From contig NZ_BCZP01000001.1 in NCBI RefSeq assembly GCF_001598795.1, positions 450,001 to 482,000 of the forward strand: DNA of 32,000 bases, read 5' to 3'. Within the stretch, counting starts at the first letter, position 1; each line of letters opens with the position of its first letter. Source of the stretch: Delftia acidovorans NBRC 14950. Its GTDB lineage: Bacteria; Pseudomonadota; Gammaproteobacteria; Burkholderiales; Burkholderiaceae_C. Of this stretch, positions 1 to 8,641 are shown in pieces. The translations under genes and the position numbers were made by a program. The notes beneath the pieces are model-generated. The model worked only from the letters and a program-made list of their open reading frames with translations. It was not told the origin of the DNA and searched no databases.

Positions 1-606
1 AAGCATCTGGAGGCCTTTGTCGTGGCCTATGGACCCTGGGTGTATGCGCTGCTGTTTCTCATCGTCTTCGTGGAGACGGGCGTGGTGGTCATGCCCTTTC
101 TGCCCGGCGACTCGCTGCTGTTCATCGTCGGCGCGCTGTGCGGCGTGGGCCTCATGGACTATTCGATCGCCTGCGCCGTGCTGCTGGTGGCGGCCGTGCT
201 GGGCGACCAGTGCAACTACACCATCGGCCGCTACATAGGGCCCAAGGTGTTCCAGTGGGAGGACTCGCGCTGGTTCAACCGCCGTGCCTTCGACCAGGCC
301 CACGCGTTCTACGAGCGCTATGGCGGCATCACCATCGTGCTGGCCCGCTTCATGCCGTTCATCCGCACCTTTGCGCCCTTCGTGGCCGGGGTGGCCGCGA
401 TGAACCGGGGCAAGTTCACGGCCTTCAATGTGGGCGGGGCGATTGTCTGGGTGTGCGGCATCAGCGCAGCCGGCTATTTCTTCGGCAACCTGCCCTGGGT
501 GCGCGAGAACCTGGAGAAGATCATCTGGGGCCTGATCCTGGTGCCGGGCCTGATCGCGATCTTTGGCGCCTGGCGCGCGGGGCGCGCGCCCAAGACGGCC
601 GCCTGA
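1..606 (+). CDS. DedA / SNARE-associated family inner-membrane protein (5' end cut by window edge)
   Basis: Frame 1 is open from base 1 (KHLEAFVV precedes the GTG at 22) to TGA 604-606. Motifs VFVETGVVVMPFLPGDSLLF and RFMPFIRTFAPFVAG are the DedA signature. Several hydrophobic spans. Confidence 0.85.
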   Translation, partial: KHLEAFVVAYGPWVYALLFLIVFVETGVVVMPFLPGDSLLFIVGALCGVGLMDYSIACAVLLVAAVLGDQCNYTIGRYIGPKVFQWEDSRWFNRRAFDQAHAFYERYGGITIVLARFMPFIRTFAPFVAGVAAMNRGKFTAFNVGGAIVWVCGISAAGYFFGNLPWVRENLEKIIWGLILVPGLIAIFGAWRAGRAPKTAA

Positions 607-621
607 GCTTTCCGCGCATAG

Positions 622-660
622 AAAAAACCCCTTGCACCTTCATGGCGCAAGGGGTTTTTT
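622..660. terminator. Bidirectional rho-independent terminator between convergent dedA and lipoprotein genes
   Basis: Stem CCCCTTGC (628-635) / GCAAGGGG (647-654), flanked by A6 (622-627) and T6 (655-660). Confidence 0.8.
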
Positions 661-679
661 CATGGAGCGGGAGTGGGGA

Positions 680-904
680 TCAGCGGCGATCGTTGCGCTT
701 GCCCACCTCGTTACCGATCAGTGCGCCGGCGGCTGCACCGCCCACGGTGCCCAGCGTGCTGCCGAACAGGGCATCCCCCACGACACCACCGGCCACGGCG
801 CCTACGCCGGTACCGATCTGTGCACTGCTGGGATTGGTGGAACAGCCGGCAGAGAACAGGGCAATGGCTGCTGCGGCGGCAATGGAATAAAGGCGTGTCT
901 TCAT
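680..904 (-). CDS. Small glycine-zipper outer-membrane lipoprotein (17-kDa-antigen / OsmB-like)
   Basis: 74 codons. Signal peptide with lipobox LFSAG|C. Mature part is G/A-rich GxxxG repeats (GTGVGAVAGGVVG...GGAAAGALIG). AGGAG (911-915) lies 6 nt upstream of ATG 904; ATG 910 and the track start at 988 are less well placed. Confidence 0.8.
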   Translation of the reverse strand: MKTRLYSIAAAAAIALFSAGCSTNPSSAQIGTGVGAVAGGVVGDALFGSTLGTVGGAAAGALIGNEVGKRNDRR

Positions 905-1111
905 GTTCATCTCCTGTGATGGCCTGCCTTGTCGCCGTGAGTGGCGTATGGCGCAAGCACTGTGTGGAACATGTTTGCATGCTCTCATTCAGGGCTTGCG
1001 GCAGCGGTAGGAGATCTGCCCGAGCTGCCGCCGGGCGGCTCGGAAGTGTCGCGTCTTTGCCGTCCGACAGCGGCTGCGGGCGGCATCGCCCGCGCCCTTC
1101 GCCTGGCTCTG

Positions 1112-2605
1112 TCAGACGGAGCGGCTGCGTGCCAGCGGCGGGTTGTGCGCGAAGTAGTTGCGGATGCCGCGCATCAGCGCGTCGGCCAGTTGCACCTGGT
1201 ATGCGCTGCTGCGCAGCCGGGCCTCTTCCTCGGGGTTGCTGATGAAGGCGGTTTCCACCAGCACGCTGGGAATGTCGGGTGCCTTGAGCACGGCAAACCC
1301 GGCCTGCTCCACGCGCGGCTTGTGCAGCTTGGCCATGTTGCCGATCTCGCCGAGCAGGGCGCCGCCGAGCTTGAGGCTGTCCTTGATCTGGGCCGTGGTG
1401 CTCATGTCCAGCAGCATGCGCTGCACATGCTGGTCCTGCGAGCCCATGTTCAGGCCACCGACGATGTCGGACTGGTTTTCCTTGTTGGCCAGCCAGCGCG
1501 CGGCCGTGCTGGAGGCGCCCTTGTCGCTGAGCGCAAAAACGCTGGCACCACGCGCGGCCGGCGTGGTGAAGGCGTCGGCGTGGATGCTGATGAACAGGTC
1601 GGCCTGCACGCGCCGGGCCTTTTCCACGCGCGTGGCCAGGGGCACGAAGAAGTCGGCATCGCGCGTCATGAAGGCGCGCATGGGGCTGCCGCCGATGCGG
1701 GTGTCGTTGATGCGGTCGCGCAGCAGGTGGGCGATCTTGAGCACCACGTCCTTTTCGCGCGTGCCGCTGGGGCCGGTGGCGCCGGGGTCCTCGCCGCCGT
1801 GGCCGGGGTCCAGCGCCACGATGATGATGCGGTCGGTCTGGCGCGAGGTGGCGATGTTGGGCGCGGCAATGGGGGCAGGGGCCGGAACGGGCGCAGGCGC
1901 GGCAGGGCGAGGCGCCGGGGCCGGAGCGGCAGGGGAAGGTGCCTGTGCCACCACGGCGGGCGGTGCAGGCGTCTTGCCGCCGGAGCCGCTGCTGTGCTGG
2001 GCGATCAGGTCGCCCAACGGGTCGGGGGCTGGCGCCGTGGGGCCTGAGGGCCGGGGCAGCGGTGGTGGAGGCGGCGGCGGTGCCGATGCAACAGCGGTAT
2101 CGTCGCCGGAGGCATCGCGCAGGCGCTCGCTGATCAGCGCCTCCAGCGGGTCCACGGCCTTGGCGGGGTACAGGTCGAACACCAGCCTGTGCTTGTAGGC
2201 CGCCACGGGCTGCAGCGTGAAGACCTGGGGCTTGGCGGGCTGCTTGAGGTCGATGACCAGGCGCACCACGCTGGGCGAGTTCTGGCCCACGCGGATGGAG
2301 GCGATGTTGGGATCGTCGGAGCGGACCTTGGCCACCAGTTCACGCAGCGCGGGATTGAGGTCGATGCCCTCGATGTCCACGGCCAGCCGCGGGGGCTGGT
2401 CCACGAAGAACTGCTTGGCAGCCAGCGGCCGGTCGGACTCTATGGTCACGCGCGTGTATTCGGGCGCGGGCCAGACACGCACGGCCACGATGGTGGCGCC
2501 ATGCGCGATGTGCTGGCGGCCCAGCAGCAGCACGATGGAGCCCGCCTGCAAAAGATTGCGGCGCGACAGGCCGGACGGATAGGAGGAGGAGTTGGCGTCG
2601 CTCAT
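1112..2605 (-). CDS. amiC: N-acetylmuramoyl-L-alanine amidase, AmiC/AmiB type (Tat signal, AMIN domain, Pro/Ala linker, amidase_3 domain)
   Basis: Start taken at ATG 2605 (MSDANSS...), which overlaps the tsaE stop as ATGA. Twin-arginine motif SRRNLLQAG. AMIN-like VRVWPAPEYTRVTIESD. Catalytic block IIIVALDPGHGGEDPGA...ADLFISIHADA...ETAFISNPEEE. The rest of the 562-aa track ORF is upstream read-through. Confidence 0.9.
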   Translation of the reverse strand: MSDANSSSYPSGLSRRNLLQAGSIVLLLGRQHIAHGATIVAVRVWPAPEYTRVTIESDRPLAAKQFFVDQPPRLAVDIEGIDLNPALRELVAKVRSDDPNIASIRVGQNSPSVVRLVIDLKQPAKPQVFTLQPVAAYKHRLVFDLYPAKAVDPLEALISERLRDASGDDTAVASAPPPPPPPLPRPSGPTAPAPDPLGDLIAQHSSGSGGKTPAPPAVVAQAPSPAAPAPAPRPAAPAPVPAPAPIAAPNIATSRQTDRIIIVALDPGHGGEDPGATGPSGTREKDVVLKIAHLLRDRINDTRIGGSPMRAFMTRDADFFVPLATRVEKARRVQADLFISIHADAFTTPAARGASVFALSDKGASSTAARWLANKENQSDIVGGLNMGSQDQHVQRMLLDMSTTAQIKDSLKLGGALLGEIGNMAKLHKPRVEQAGFAVLKAPDIPSVLVETAFISNPEEEARLRSSAYQVQLADALMRGIRNYFAHNPPLARSRSV

Positions 2606-3129
2606 GCCTTGAGTGCTTGGATCACGGCGCGTCCGACGGGCGTGCCGGCGAGCAAGGTCACCTGGCGCTGCGTCTCGTCGATTGCTTCGATATGAATAGC
2701 TATATCTGCCGCAGGCGTAAGCGCTGCGGCCTTTTCGGGCCATTCTGCCAGCTTGAGACCGGGGCTGGCGAAAATATCGCGAAATCCTGCATCCTCCCAC
2801 TCGCGCGGGTCATCGAAGCGGTAGAAGTCGAAGTGCCAGATGGCCAGGTCCGGCGCCTCATGCGGCTCCACCACGGCATAGGTGGGGCTTTTGATGCGGC
2901 CCTGCACGCCCAGTGCGCGCAGCCAGTGCCGCACCAGCGTGGTCTTGCCTGCGCCCAGGTCGCCGTGCAGCGTGACGTAGGCGTTGCGCAGCGCGGGATG
3001 GTCTGCAAGCTGCTGCGCAAACCGCTGCGTGTCTTCCTCGCTGCCCCATATCCAGCGACGGCCCGCAGTTTCCGCATCCTGCGGCTGGGCGCTTTCTACA
3101 ATCGAGGGAGTATGTTGTGCAGCAGTCAA
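2602..3129 (-). CDS. tsaE: tRNA t6A37 threonylcarbamoyl-transfer ATPase TsaE (YjeE)
   Basis: P-loop LHGDLGAGKTTLVR, then SPTYAVVEPH...HFDFYR, typical of TsaE. Stop overlaps the amidase start. There is no in-frame ATG/GTG upstream of the P-loop. The only plausible start is TTG at 3129, preceded by AAAGGAA (complement of 3134-3140). Start uncertain. Confidence 0.8.
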   Translation of the reverse strand: MTAAQHTPSIVESAQPQDAETAGRRWIWGSEEDTQRFAQQLADHPALRNAYVTLHGDLGAGKTTLVRHWLRALGVQGRIKSPTYAVVEPHEAPDLAIWHFDFYRFDDPREWEDAGFRDIFASPGLKLAEWPEKAAALTPAADIAIHIEAIDETQRQVTLLAGTPVGRAVIQALKA

Positions 3130-4197
3130 TTGGTTCCTTTGATGCAAGGCTGGGCCCGCGAGCTGGGATTTTCCCAAATTGGCGTGGCCGGCGTGGATTT
3201 GTCTTCTGCGGAGCCTGGTTTGATGCAGTGGCTGGCCCAAGGGTTCCATGGCGAGATGGACTATATGCAGGCCCACGGCCTGCGCCGCGCCCGGCCTGCC
3301 GAGCTGGTGCCGGGCACGGTCAGCGTGATCACGGCGCGCATGGACTACCTGCCGCGCGACACGTCCGCCGATGCGCCGGGCGCCTGGCAAGCGGTGGAGT
3401 GGGCGCGGCTGCAGCGGCCCGACGAGGGCATTGTCTCCGTCTATGCCCGGGGGCGCGACTATCACAAGGTGCTGCGCAACCGGCTGCAGAAACTGGCCGA
3501 GCGCATTGCACAGGAAGTCGGCCCCTTCGGGCACCGCGCCTTCACCGATTCCGCGCCCGTGCTGGAGGCGGAGCTGGCCCGGCGCAGCGGCCAGGGCTGG
3601 CGCGGCAAGCACACGCTGGTGCTCAATCGCGAAGCGGGCTCCATGTTCTTCCTGGGCGAGATCTATGTGGACCTTGCACTGGAGCCCACGGCGCCGGTGA
3701 CCGCGCACTGCGGCAGCTGCGCGGCCTGCATCACGGCCTGCCCCACGGGCGCCATCGTGGCGCCGCACCGGGTGGACGCGCGGCGCTGCATCTCCTATCT
3801 GACCATCGAGCATGCGGGCGCCATTCCCGAGGAGCTGCGGCCGCTGATGGCCAACCGCATCTATGGCTGCGACGACTGCCAGCTGGCCTGCCCCTGGAAC
3901 AAGTTCGCCCAGCCCAGCCGCCTGCCCGACTTCGATGCGCGCGAGGCCCTGTCCGGCGGGCAACTGGTGCACTTCTTTGCCTGGGACGAGCCGACCTTTC
4001 TGCGCCTGACCGAAGGCAGTCCCATCCGGCGCATAGGCCATGCACGCTGGCTGCGCAATGTGGCCGTGGCGCTGGGCAATGCCTGGCGTGACACCGGCAA
4101 CGCGGCATTGCAGCAGGCGCTGTCCAGCCGCGCCGAACATCCGGACGCCCTGGTGCGCGAGCACGTGGCCTGGGCGCTGTCGCAAAGATCGGATTGA
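3112..4197 (+). CDS. queG: Epoxyqueuosine reductase QueG
   Basis: GAGGGAG (3104-3110) then ATG 3112. N-terminus WARELGFSQIGVAGVDL...HGEMDYM matches the QueG pattern. Two 4Fe-4S motifs: CGSCAACITACPTGAI and CDDCQLACPWN. Alternative start at ATG 3142. Confidence 0.9.
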   Translation: MLCSSQLVPLMQGWARELGFSQIGVAGVDLSSAEPGLMQWLAQGFHGEMDYMQAHGLRRARPAELVPGTVSVITARMDYLPRDTSADAPGAWQAVEWARLQRPDEGIVSVYARGRDYHKVLRNRLQKLAERIAQEVGPFGHRAFTDSAPVLEAELARRSGQGWRGKHTLVLNREAGSMFFLGEIYVDLALEPTAPVTAHCGSCAACITACPTGAIVAPHRVDARRCISYLTIEHAGAIPEELRPLMANRIYGCDDCQLACPWNKFAQPSRLPDFDAREALSGGQLVHFFAWDEPTFLRLTEGSPIRRIGHARWLRNVAVALGNAWRDTGNAALQQALSSRAEHPDALVREHVAWALSQRSD

Positions 4198-4226
4198 GCT
4201 GATAAGACCAGGGCGCTTGTGTGTGA

Positions 4227-4236
4227 AACAATTGTT
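4227..4236. promoter_or_regulatory. Perfect 10-bp palindrome AACAATTGTT about 77 nt upstream of the diguanylate cyclase start (candidate operator)
   Basis: Self-complementary 10-mer in the 115-bp queG/DGC intergenic region. No factor assigned. Confidence 0.2.
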
Positions 4237-4312
4237 GCGCTCTGTCGGAGTGCCCCCCGGCGGCCTGTTGCGGGCCACTGCCCTTGAAGGCGCGGGGCCT
4301 GTGTGACTCAAC

Positions 4313-7300
4313 ATGATGTTTGATATGCGCGCAAAGCCTCCCCGCAGCCTGTCCCGCCTGCTGAACGCAGAACCGCTGACCCAGACCGCTGTGGCCGTCT
4401 GGGTGGGACTGTGCTGCGTGCTGCTGGCCACGGTGGCGTACTGGACGGTGCTGGTGGACAGCCACCGCACGCAGCGCAGCTTTACCGAGTCCCAGTCCTG
4501 GCTGCGGGTGGGGCAAATGTCGCATGCGGTGTCGGTGCAGGTGCAGACCCTGCTGTCCGGCCTGGACTACACCATGCGCGGCCTGGAGTCCGACTTTGCC
4601 GGTGGCGATGTCGACGGGTTCCGGCGTGCCGTGCAGACCACGTTCGACGCCTACCCGGCCGGCACCTTCCTGCAGATCGCCGTGGCCGACGAGAAAGGGG
4701 ACATCGTGTACTCCAACCTCCAGCAGGAGGCGCAGACGCGGGCTGCCAAGGTCTCCATCCGGGACCGCGAGCATTTCCAGGTGCATGCCAACCGCGAGAA
4801 CATGGGCATGTTCATCGGCCGCCCCGTGCAGGGGCGTGTCTCGCACAAATGGACCATACAGCTGAGCCGCGCGCTGTACCGCCAGGGGCAGTTCTCGGGC
4901 GTGCTGGTGCTGTCGCTGTCGCCCGAATACATCTCGCGCTATTTCCAGTCCATCTTCGATGGCGCCAACGACGTCATCCTGCTGCTGCGCACCGATGGCG
5001 CCTACCTGGCGCGCTCGCAGGGGCAGGAGCAGGTGATGGGCCGCTCGGTCTCCGATGTGCGCGTGGCGCTGTTCGCACCGGCCCTGGAGCGCGGCACCTA
5101 CGAGGCCGAATCGTCCGTCGATGGCGTGCAGCGCATGTATGCCTGGAGCCGGGTGGAGGGCTATCCGCTGATCGTCAGTGCAGGGCTGGACAAGAAAGCC
5201 ATCTTCGAGCCGCTGGAGGCATCGCTGGAGCGCGGCCTGTTGCGCAACGGCATAGGCACGGCCGTGCTGCTGCTGGGCATGCTGCTGACGCTGTGGCTGG
5301 CGCGTCAGCGCCAGCTCAGCGAGCGCATGCGGCTGCAGGGTGAGCGGCGCTTTGCGCGGCTGGCGCAGGAGGTGCCGGGCGGGCTGTTCCAGTTCCGCAT
5401 AGGCGCGGATGGACAGTTCCGGTTCCCTTTCACCAGCCCCGGATTCTTCGAACTGCATGGCGCCAAGGCCGATGCCACCAGGTTTGCCGACCATGAACTG
5501 CTCAAGCGGGTCCACCCCGAGGATTTGCCGGCCCTGGCTGCCTCGGTGCAGGCCAGCGTGGGCAGCAAGGGTGTCTGGGAGCACAAGTACCGCGTCTACG
5601 GCCCTGCAGGCGAGCTGCGCTGGCTGCATGGTCACGCCCGGCCGCAGCAGGAGGAAGACGGCTCCCTGCTGTGGCATGGCTATGTGCACGATGTGACGCA
5701 GGACCAGGCCATGCAGGAATCCATACGCCACAGCGAGGAACGCCTGCGTCTGACCGTGGGCGCCGTGCGCGACGGCCTGTGGCAATGGGACTGCCGCAGC
5801 GGCCATGTGGAATGGGATGCCCGCTGCTACCAGATGCTGGGCTTCGAGGCCGCGCAGTTCCCCATGAACTATGACGCCTTCTGCGCCATGGTCCATCCCT
5901 CGGACAGGGCGCGGATGCTGGCGCGGCTGCAGCGCCATGCCGAGGCCGGGGCCGACTTCCGCGTGGAGATGCGGCTGCGCAGCTCGGCCGACAGCTGGCT
6001 GTGGGTGGAGTCGCGCGGCGAAATCACCCAGCGCGATGCCGACGGCAAGCCCGTGCGCATGCTGGGGACGCACACCGACATACAGCAGCGCGTGGAGCAG
6101 TCCCGGCTCATCAAGGCCTTGCTGGACCGGGGAAGCGCCCTGATCGTCATGGCCGGTCCCCAGCGCGAAATCCTCTATGCCAACGAGCGCGCGGTGCAGA
6201 CCTTCGAGATCGAGACAGACCGGCTGCCCGGCGGCGTGAACTTTCGCGCCCTGCATGTCAGCGACGAGAGCTTCGAGCGCTTCGGCCAGCTCTACGCACA
6301 GCTCAACGCACGCGGCACGGTGCGCACGGAATGGATTTTGCGCATGCCTTCGGGCTCGGGCCACTGGTTCGACATGCAGGGCTCTCTGCTGGACCCCGAC
6401 GAGGACGACGGCCGCGTCATCTGGACCATGATCGATACCGACGCGCGCCGGCGAGCCGAGACCGCGTTGGCCGAGACCCAGCACCGGCTGGAGGCCATCA
6501 TCGACCGCTTTCCCGCAGGCATTCTGGTCACCGACGCCCAGGGCCGCCAGGTGCTGGCCGCCAACCGCATGCTGGCGGCCGCGCTGCGGCTGGACATGGC
6601 GCCTGCCGCCCTGGTGGGGCTGGGCATGCCGGCGCTGATCCAGCTGCTGCCGCCTTCGGTGGCTGGCGTGCTCAGCGCGGGGCCCGTGGCTGGCCGGTCC
6701 CTGCATGCGCTGCCCGACGACCACTATGTGGAGATCGAGGGCATGCAGTTGCGCGACGGTGATCGCTCCATCGGCCACTGCTGGGTCTTCCACGATGCGA
6801 CGGAGCGGCAGCAGCGCGAATCCCAGCTGGAGACCCTGGCGCTGACCGACGCGCTGACCGGCATTCCCAACCGCCGCGCTTTCATGGAGCGGCTGGCGAT
6901 GGAGCTGGACCATCTGCGCAGCGGACTGGTGGCGCACTCCACGCTGATCATGCTGGACATAGACCACTTCAAGCAGGTGAACGACGGCTACGGCCATGCG
7001 GTGGGCGATATCGTGCTCAAGGAGCTGCTGGCCTCGGTGGCGCAGGAAATGCGCAAGGAAGACATGGTCGGCCGGCTGGGTGGCGAGGAGTTTGCCGTGC
7101 TGCTGTCCGACACCGATGCCGAGGTGGGCCTGCGCCGCGCCGAAAGCCTGCGCGAAACCGTGGCCGCGCGCGCCATCGATGCGGGCCTGGCCGGCGACCT
7201 GCACATCACCATCAGCTTGGGCGTGTACGAGCTGCAGCGCAGCGATGCCTCGGCCCAGGGCTGCCTGGAGCGTGCCGACGCCGCGCTGTACTACTCCAAG

Positions 7301-7360
7301 CGCAACGGCCGCAACCAGTCCACGCTGTGGAGCGAGCGGCTGCCTGCCATTGCGCGCTGA
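4313..7360 (+). CDS. Membrane sensor diguanylate cyclase: TM, periplasmic Cache-like domain, TM, about four PAS/PAC repeats, GGDEF
   Basis: Hydrophobic spans AVAVWVGLCCVLLATVAYWTVLV and GIGTAVLLLGMLLTLWLA bracket about 260 aa. Repeated PAS/PAC blocks (WLHGHARP...WHGYVHDVT; WLWVESRGE...LGTHTDI). C-terminal DALTGIPNRRAF...DIDHFKQVNDGYGH...RLGGEEF...RADAALYYSKRNGRN. Confidence 0.9.
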   Translation: MMFDMRAKPPRSLSRLLNAEPLTQTAVAVWVGLCCVLLATVAYWTVLVDSHRTQRSFTESQSWLRVGQMSHAVSVQVQTLLSGLDYTMRGLESDFAGGDVDGFRRAVQTTFDAYPAGTFLQIAVADEKGDIVYSNLQQEAQTRAAKVSIRDREHFQVHANRENMGMFIGRPVQGRVSHKWTIQLSRALYRQGQFSGVLVLSLSPEYISRYFQSIFDGANDVILLLRTDGAYLARSQGQEQVMGRSVSDVRVALFAPALERGTYEAESSVDGVQRMYAWSRVEGYPLIVSAGLDKKAIFEPLEASLERGLLRNGIGTAVLLLGMLLTLWLARQRQLSERMRLQGERRFARLAQEVPGGLFQFRIGADGQFRFPFTSPGFFELHGAKADATRFADHELLKRVHPEDLPALAASVQASVGSKGVWEHKYRVYGPAGELRWLHGHARPQQEEDGSLLWHGYVHDVTQDQAMQESIRHSEERLRLTVGAVRDGLWQWDCRSGHVEWDARCYQMLGFEAAQFPMNYDAFCAMVHPSDRARMLARLQRHAEAGADFRVEMRLRSSADSWLWVESRGEITQRDADGKPVRMLGTHTDIQQRVEQSRLIKALLDRGSALIVMAGPQREILYANERAVQTFEIETDRLPGGVNFRALHVSDESFERFGQLYAQLNARGTVRTEWILRMPSGSGHWFDMQGSLLDPDEDDGRVIWTMIDTDARRRAETALAETQHRLEAIIDRFPAGILVTDAQGRQVLAANRMLAAALRLDMAPAALVGLGMPALIQLLPPSVAGVLSAGPVAGRSLHALPDDHYVEIEGMQLRDGDRSIGHCWVFHDATERQQRESQLETLALTDALTGIPNRRAFMERLAMELDHLRSGLVAHSTLIMLDIDHFKQVNDGYGHAVGDIVLKELLASVAQEMRKEDMVGRLGGEEFAVLLSDTDAEVGLRRAESLRETVAARAIDAGLAGDLHITISLGVYELQRSDASAQGCLERADAALYYSKRNGRNQSTLWSERLPAIAR

Positions 7361-7399
7361 TACGCGCTGATCCGGGCTGGTGCGGCGCACAGGCCTAGG

Positions 7400-7419
7400 A
7401 ATTCACCCCGGTGAATTTT
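7400..7419 (+). terminator. Short hairpin plus T-tract 40 nt after the cyclase stop (weak terminator or palindromic site)
   Basis: AATTCACC (7400-7407) / GGTGAATT (7410-7417), running into TTTT (7416-7419). The arms are only 2 nt apart, so an operator is an equally valid reading. Confidence 0.3.
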
Positions 7420-7585
7420 CAGAATCATCCAATGGCCTGATCGGGCCGCAATCCCGAAAATCCTGGGTTCATGCTGCCGCGTGGACCTGCCGCCTCTTGC
7501 CTGGCCCCAACACTCGGGTGCGGCCGACTCTCCGTGCAACCCATCAAAAAAAGAGGCTGCGCGCCGAGCGCAGGGCGAGGAATGT

Positions 7586-8641
7586 ATGACGTACAACCGC
7601 TGGTCCACGGTGCATATCGCGCCGCTTTCGCGAGCGCAGTTCTGGAGCGATGCCAGCCGCGAGGCGCAGATGCCGCACACGCCCTTGGTCGCGCAGCCCG
7701 AGCGCTTCGAGGCCGTGCTGACATCGCGCGGCGTGGGCGCGGTGGTGCTCAACCGCATCCAGATGGCGGCCGAACATGGCATGGAGCGCCTGCATGCCGA
7801 TGGCCAGCGCGCAGGCCCGCCCTGCCTGCTGTGCGTGCTCTACGCCAAAGGTGGAGCCCAGGTATTCGCACCGGATGCACCTGACGTACCTGACCTGTCG
7901 GACGTGCCGGACGTAACGGATGCCTCGACGTCATCTGGGGAGCCGGGCATGGCGGTTGCGGGCAGGAGGCTGCAGGCACAACCCGGCCAGCTGTTCCTGC
8001 TGGACGAGCGGCGCGGCTACCGCATCTGGCAGAAAGAGGCCGTGGACCTGGTGGTGCTGGCCGTGCCGCTGGCACTGATTGATTCGCGTGGCGGTCTGGC
8101 TTCGCAACTGCTGGCACGCAGCCTGCCCGACTGTGCATCGCTTCAACTGCTGGTCCAGCAGATGCAATTGCTGGCCGCGTGGCAGGACCCCTTGCCCGAG
8201 GCCGAATCTGCCAGGCTGTCCGACTTGGTCATCAACACCGTGAAGACCGTGCTGCAGGCCAGCGCCGACATGGCGATGGCCCGACCCGGCGCGCCCATGC
8301 ACGTGCTGTTGCGCAGGGTGCGCCAGCTCATTGCCCGCCAGTACCCGGACCCGGCGTTGGGGCCCGAGCGCGTGGCGTCCAGGCTGGGGCTGTCCGTGCG
8401 CTCGCTGCAATCCCAGCTGTCGCGCGAAGGCACCAGCCTCAGCGCCGAACTCATGGCCTATCGCCTGGAGCGCGCCCATGCGCTGCTGCGTGGCACGGAG
8501 CCGGGAACGCTGGGCATTGCGGAGATCTCGCAGCACTGCGGTTTCAGCTCACCCGCGCATTTTTCCCGGCGGTTCAGGGCACGCTACGGCAGCACGCCGC
8601 TGGGGTTGCTGCGGGACGCGGAGGGCGGGCAGGGGGCCTAG
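7586..8641 (+). CDS. AraC/XylS-family transcriptional regulator (AraC_binding_2-like N-domain plus C-terminal double HTH)
   Basis: GAGGAA then ATG 7586. C-terminus ...LGPERVASRLGLSVRSLQSQLSREGTS...IAEISQHCGFSSPAHFSRRFRARYGSTP is the AraC HTH signature. Stop TAG 8639-8641 overlaps the stop of the convergent ureohydrolase. Confidence 0.85.
   Translation: MTYNRWSTVHIAPLSRAQFWSDASREAQMPHTPLVAQPERFEAVLTSRGVGAVVLNRIQMAAEHGMERLHADGQRAGPPCLLCVLYAKGGAQVFAPDAPDVPDLSDVPDVTDASTSSGEPGMAVAGRRLQAQPGQLFLLDERRGYRIWQKEAVDLVVLAVPLALIDSRGGLASQLLARSLPDCASLQLLVQQMQLLAAWQDPLPEAESARLSDLVINTVKTVLQASADMAMARPGAPMHVLLRRVRQLIARQYPDPALGPERVASRLGLSVRSLQSQLSREGTSLSAELMAYRLERAHALLRGTEPGTLGIAEISQHCGFSSPAHFSRRFRARYGSTPLGLLRDAEGGQGA
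7871..7933 (+). repeat. In-frame imperfect 9-bp tandem repeat (about 7 units) inside the AraC gene, encoding (P/S/T)-D-x triplets
   Basis: Units: CCGGATGCA CCTGACGTA CCTGACCTG TCGGACGTG CCGGACGTA ACGGATGCC TCGACGTCA. Translation: PDA PDV PDL SDV PDV TDA STS. Confidence 0.8.

Noticed and set aside
2602-4470. 622-aa minus-strand ORF containing tsaE at its 3' end
   Set aside because: Only the last 175 or so codons look like a protein (TsaE). The upstream 445 codons are antisense to queG and have shadow-ORF composition.
3731-7390. 1219-aa ORF on the minus strand, the longest in the track
   Set aside because: It is entirely antisense to queG and the diguanylate cyclase, both of which have clear domain signatures. 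The product is Ala/Arg/Gly/His-rich low-complexity sequence with no motifs. Long antisense ORFs are an expected artefact of high-GC, GC3-rich coding sequence.
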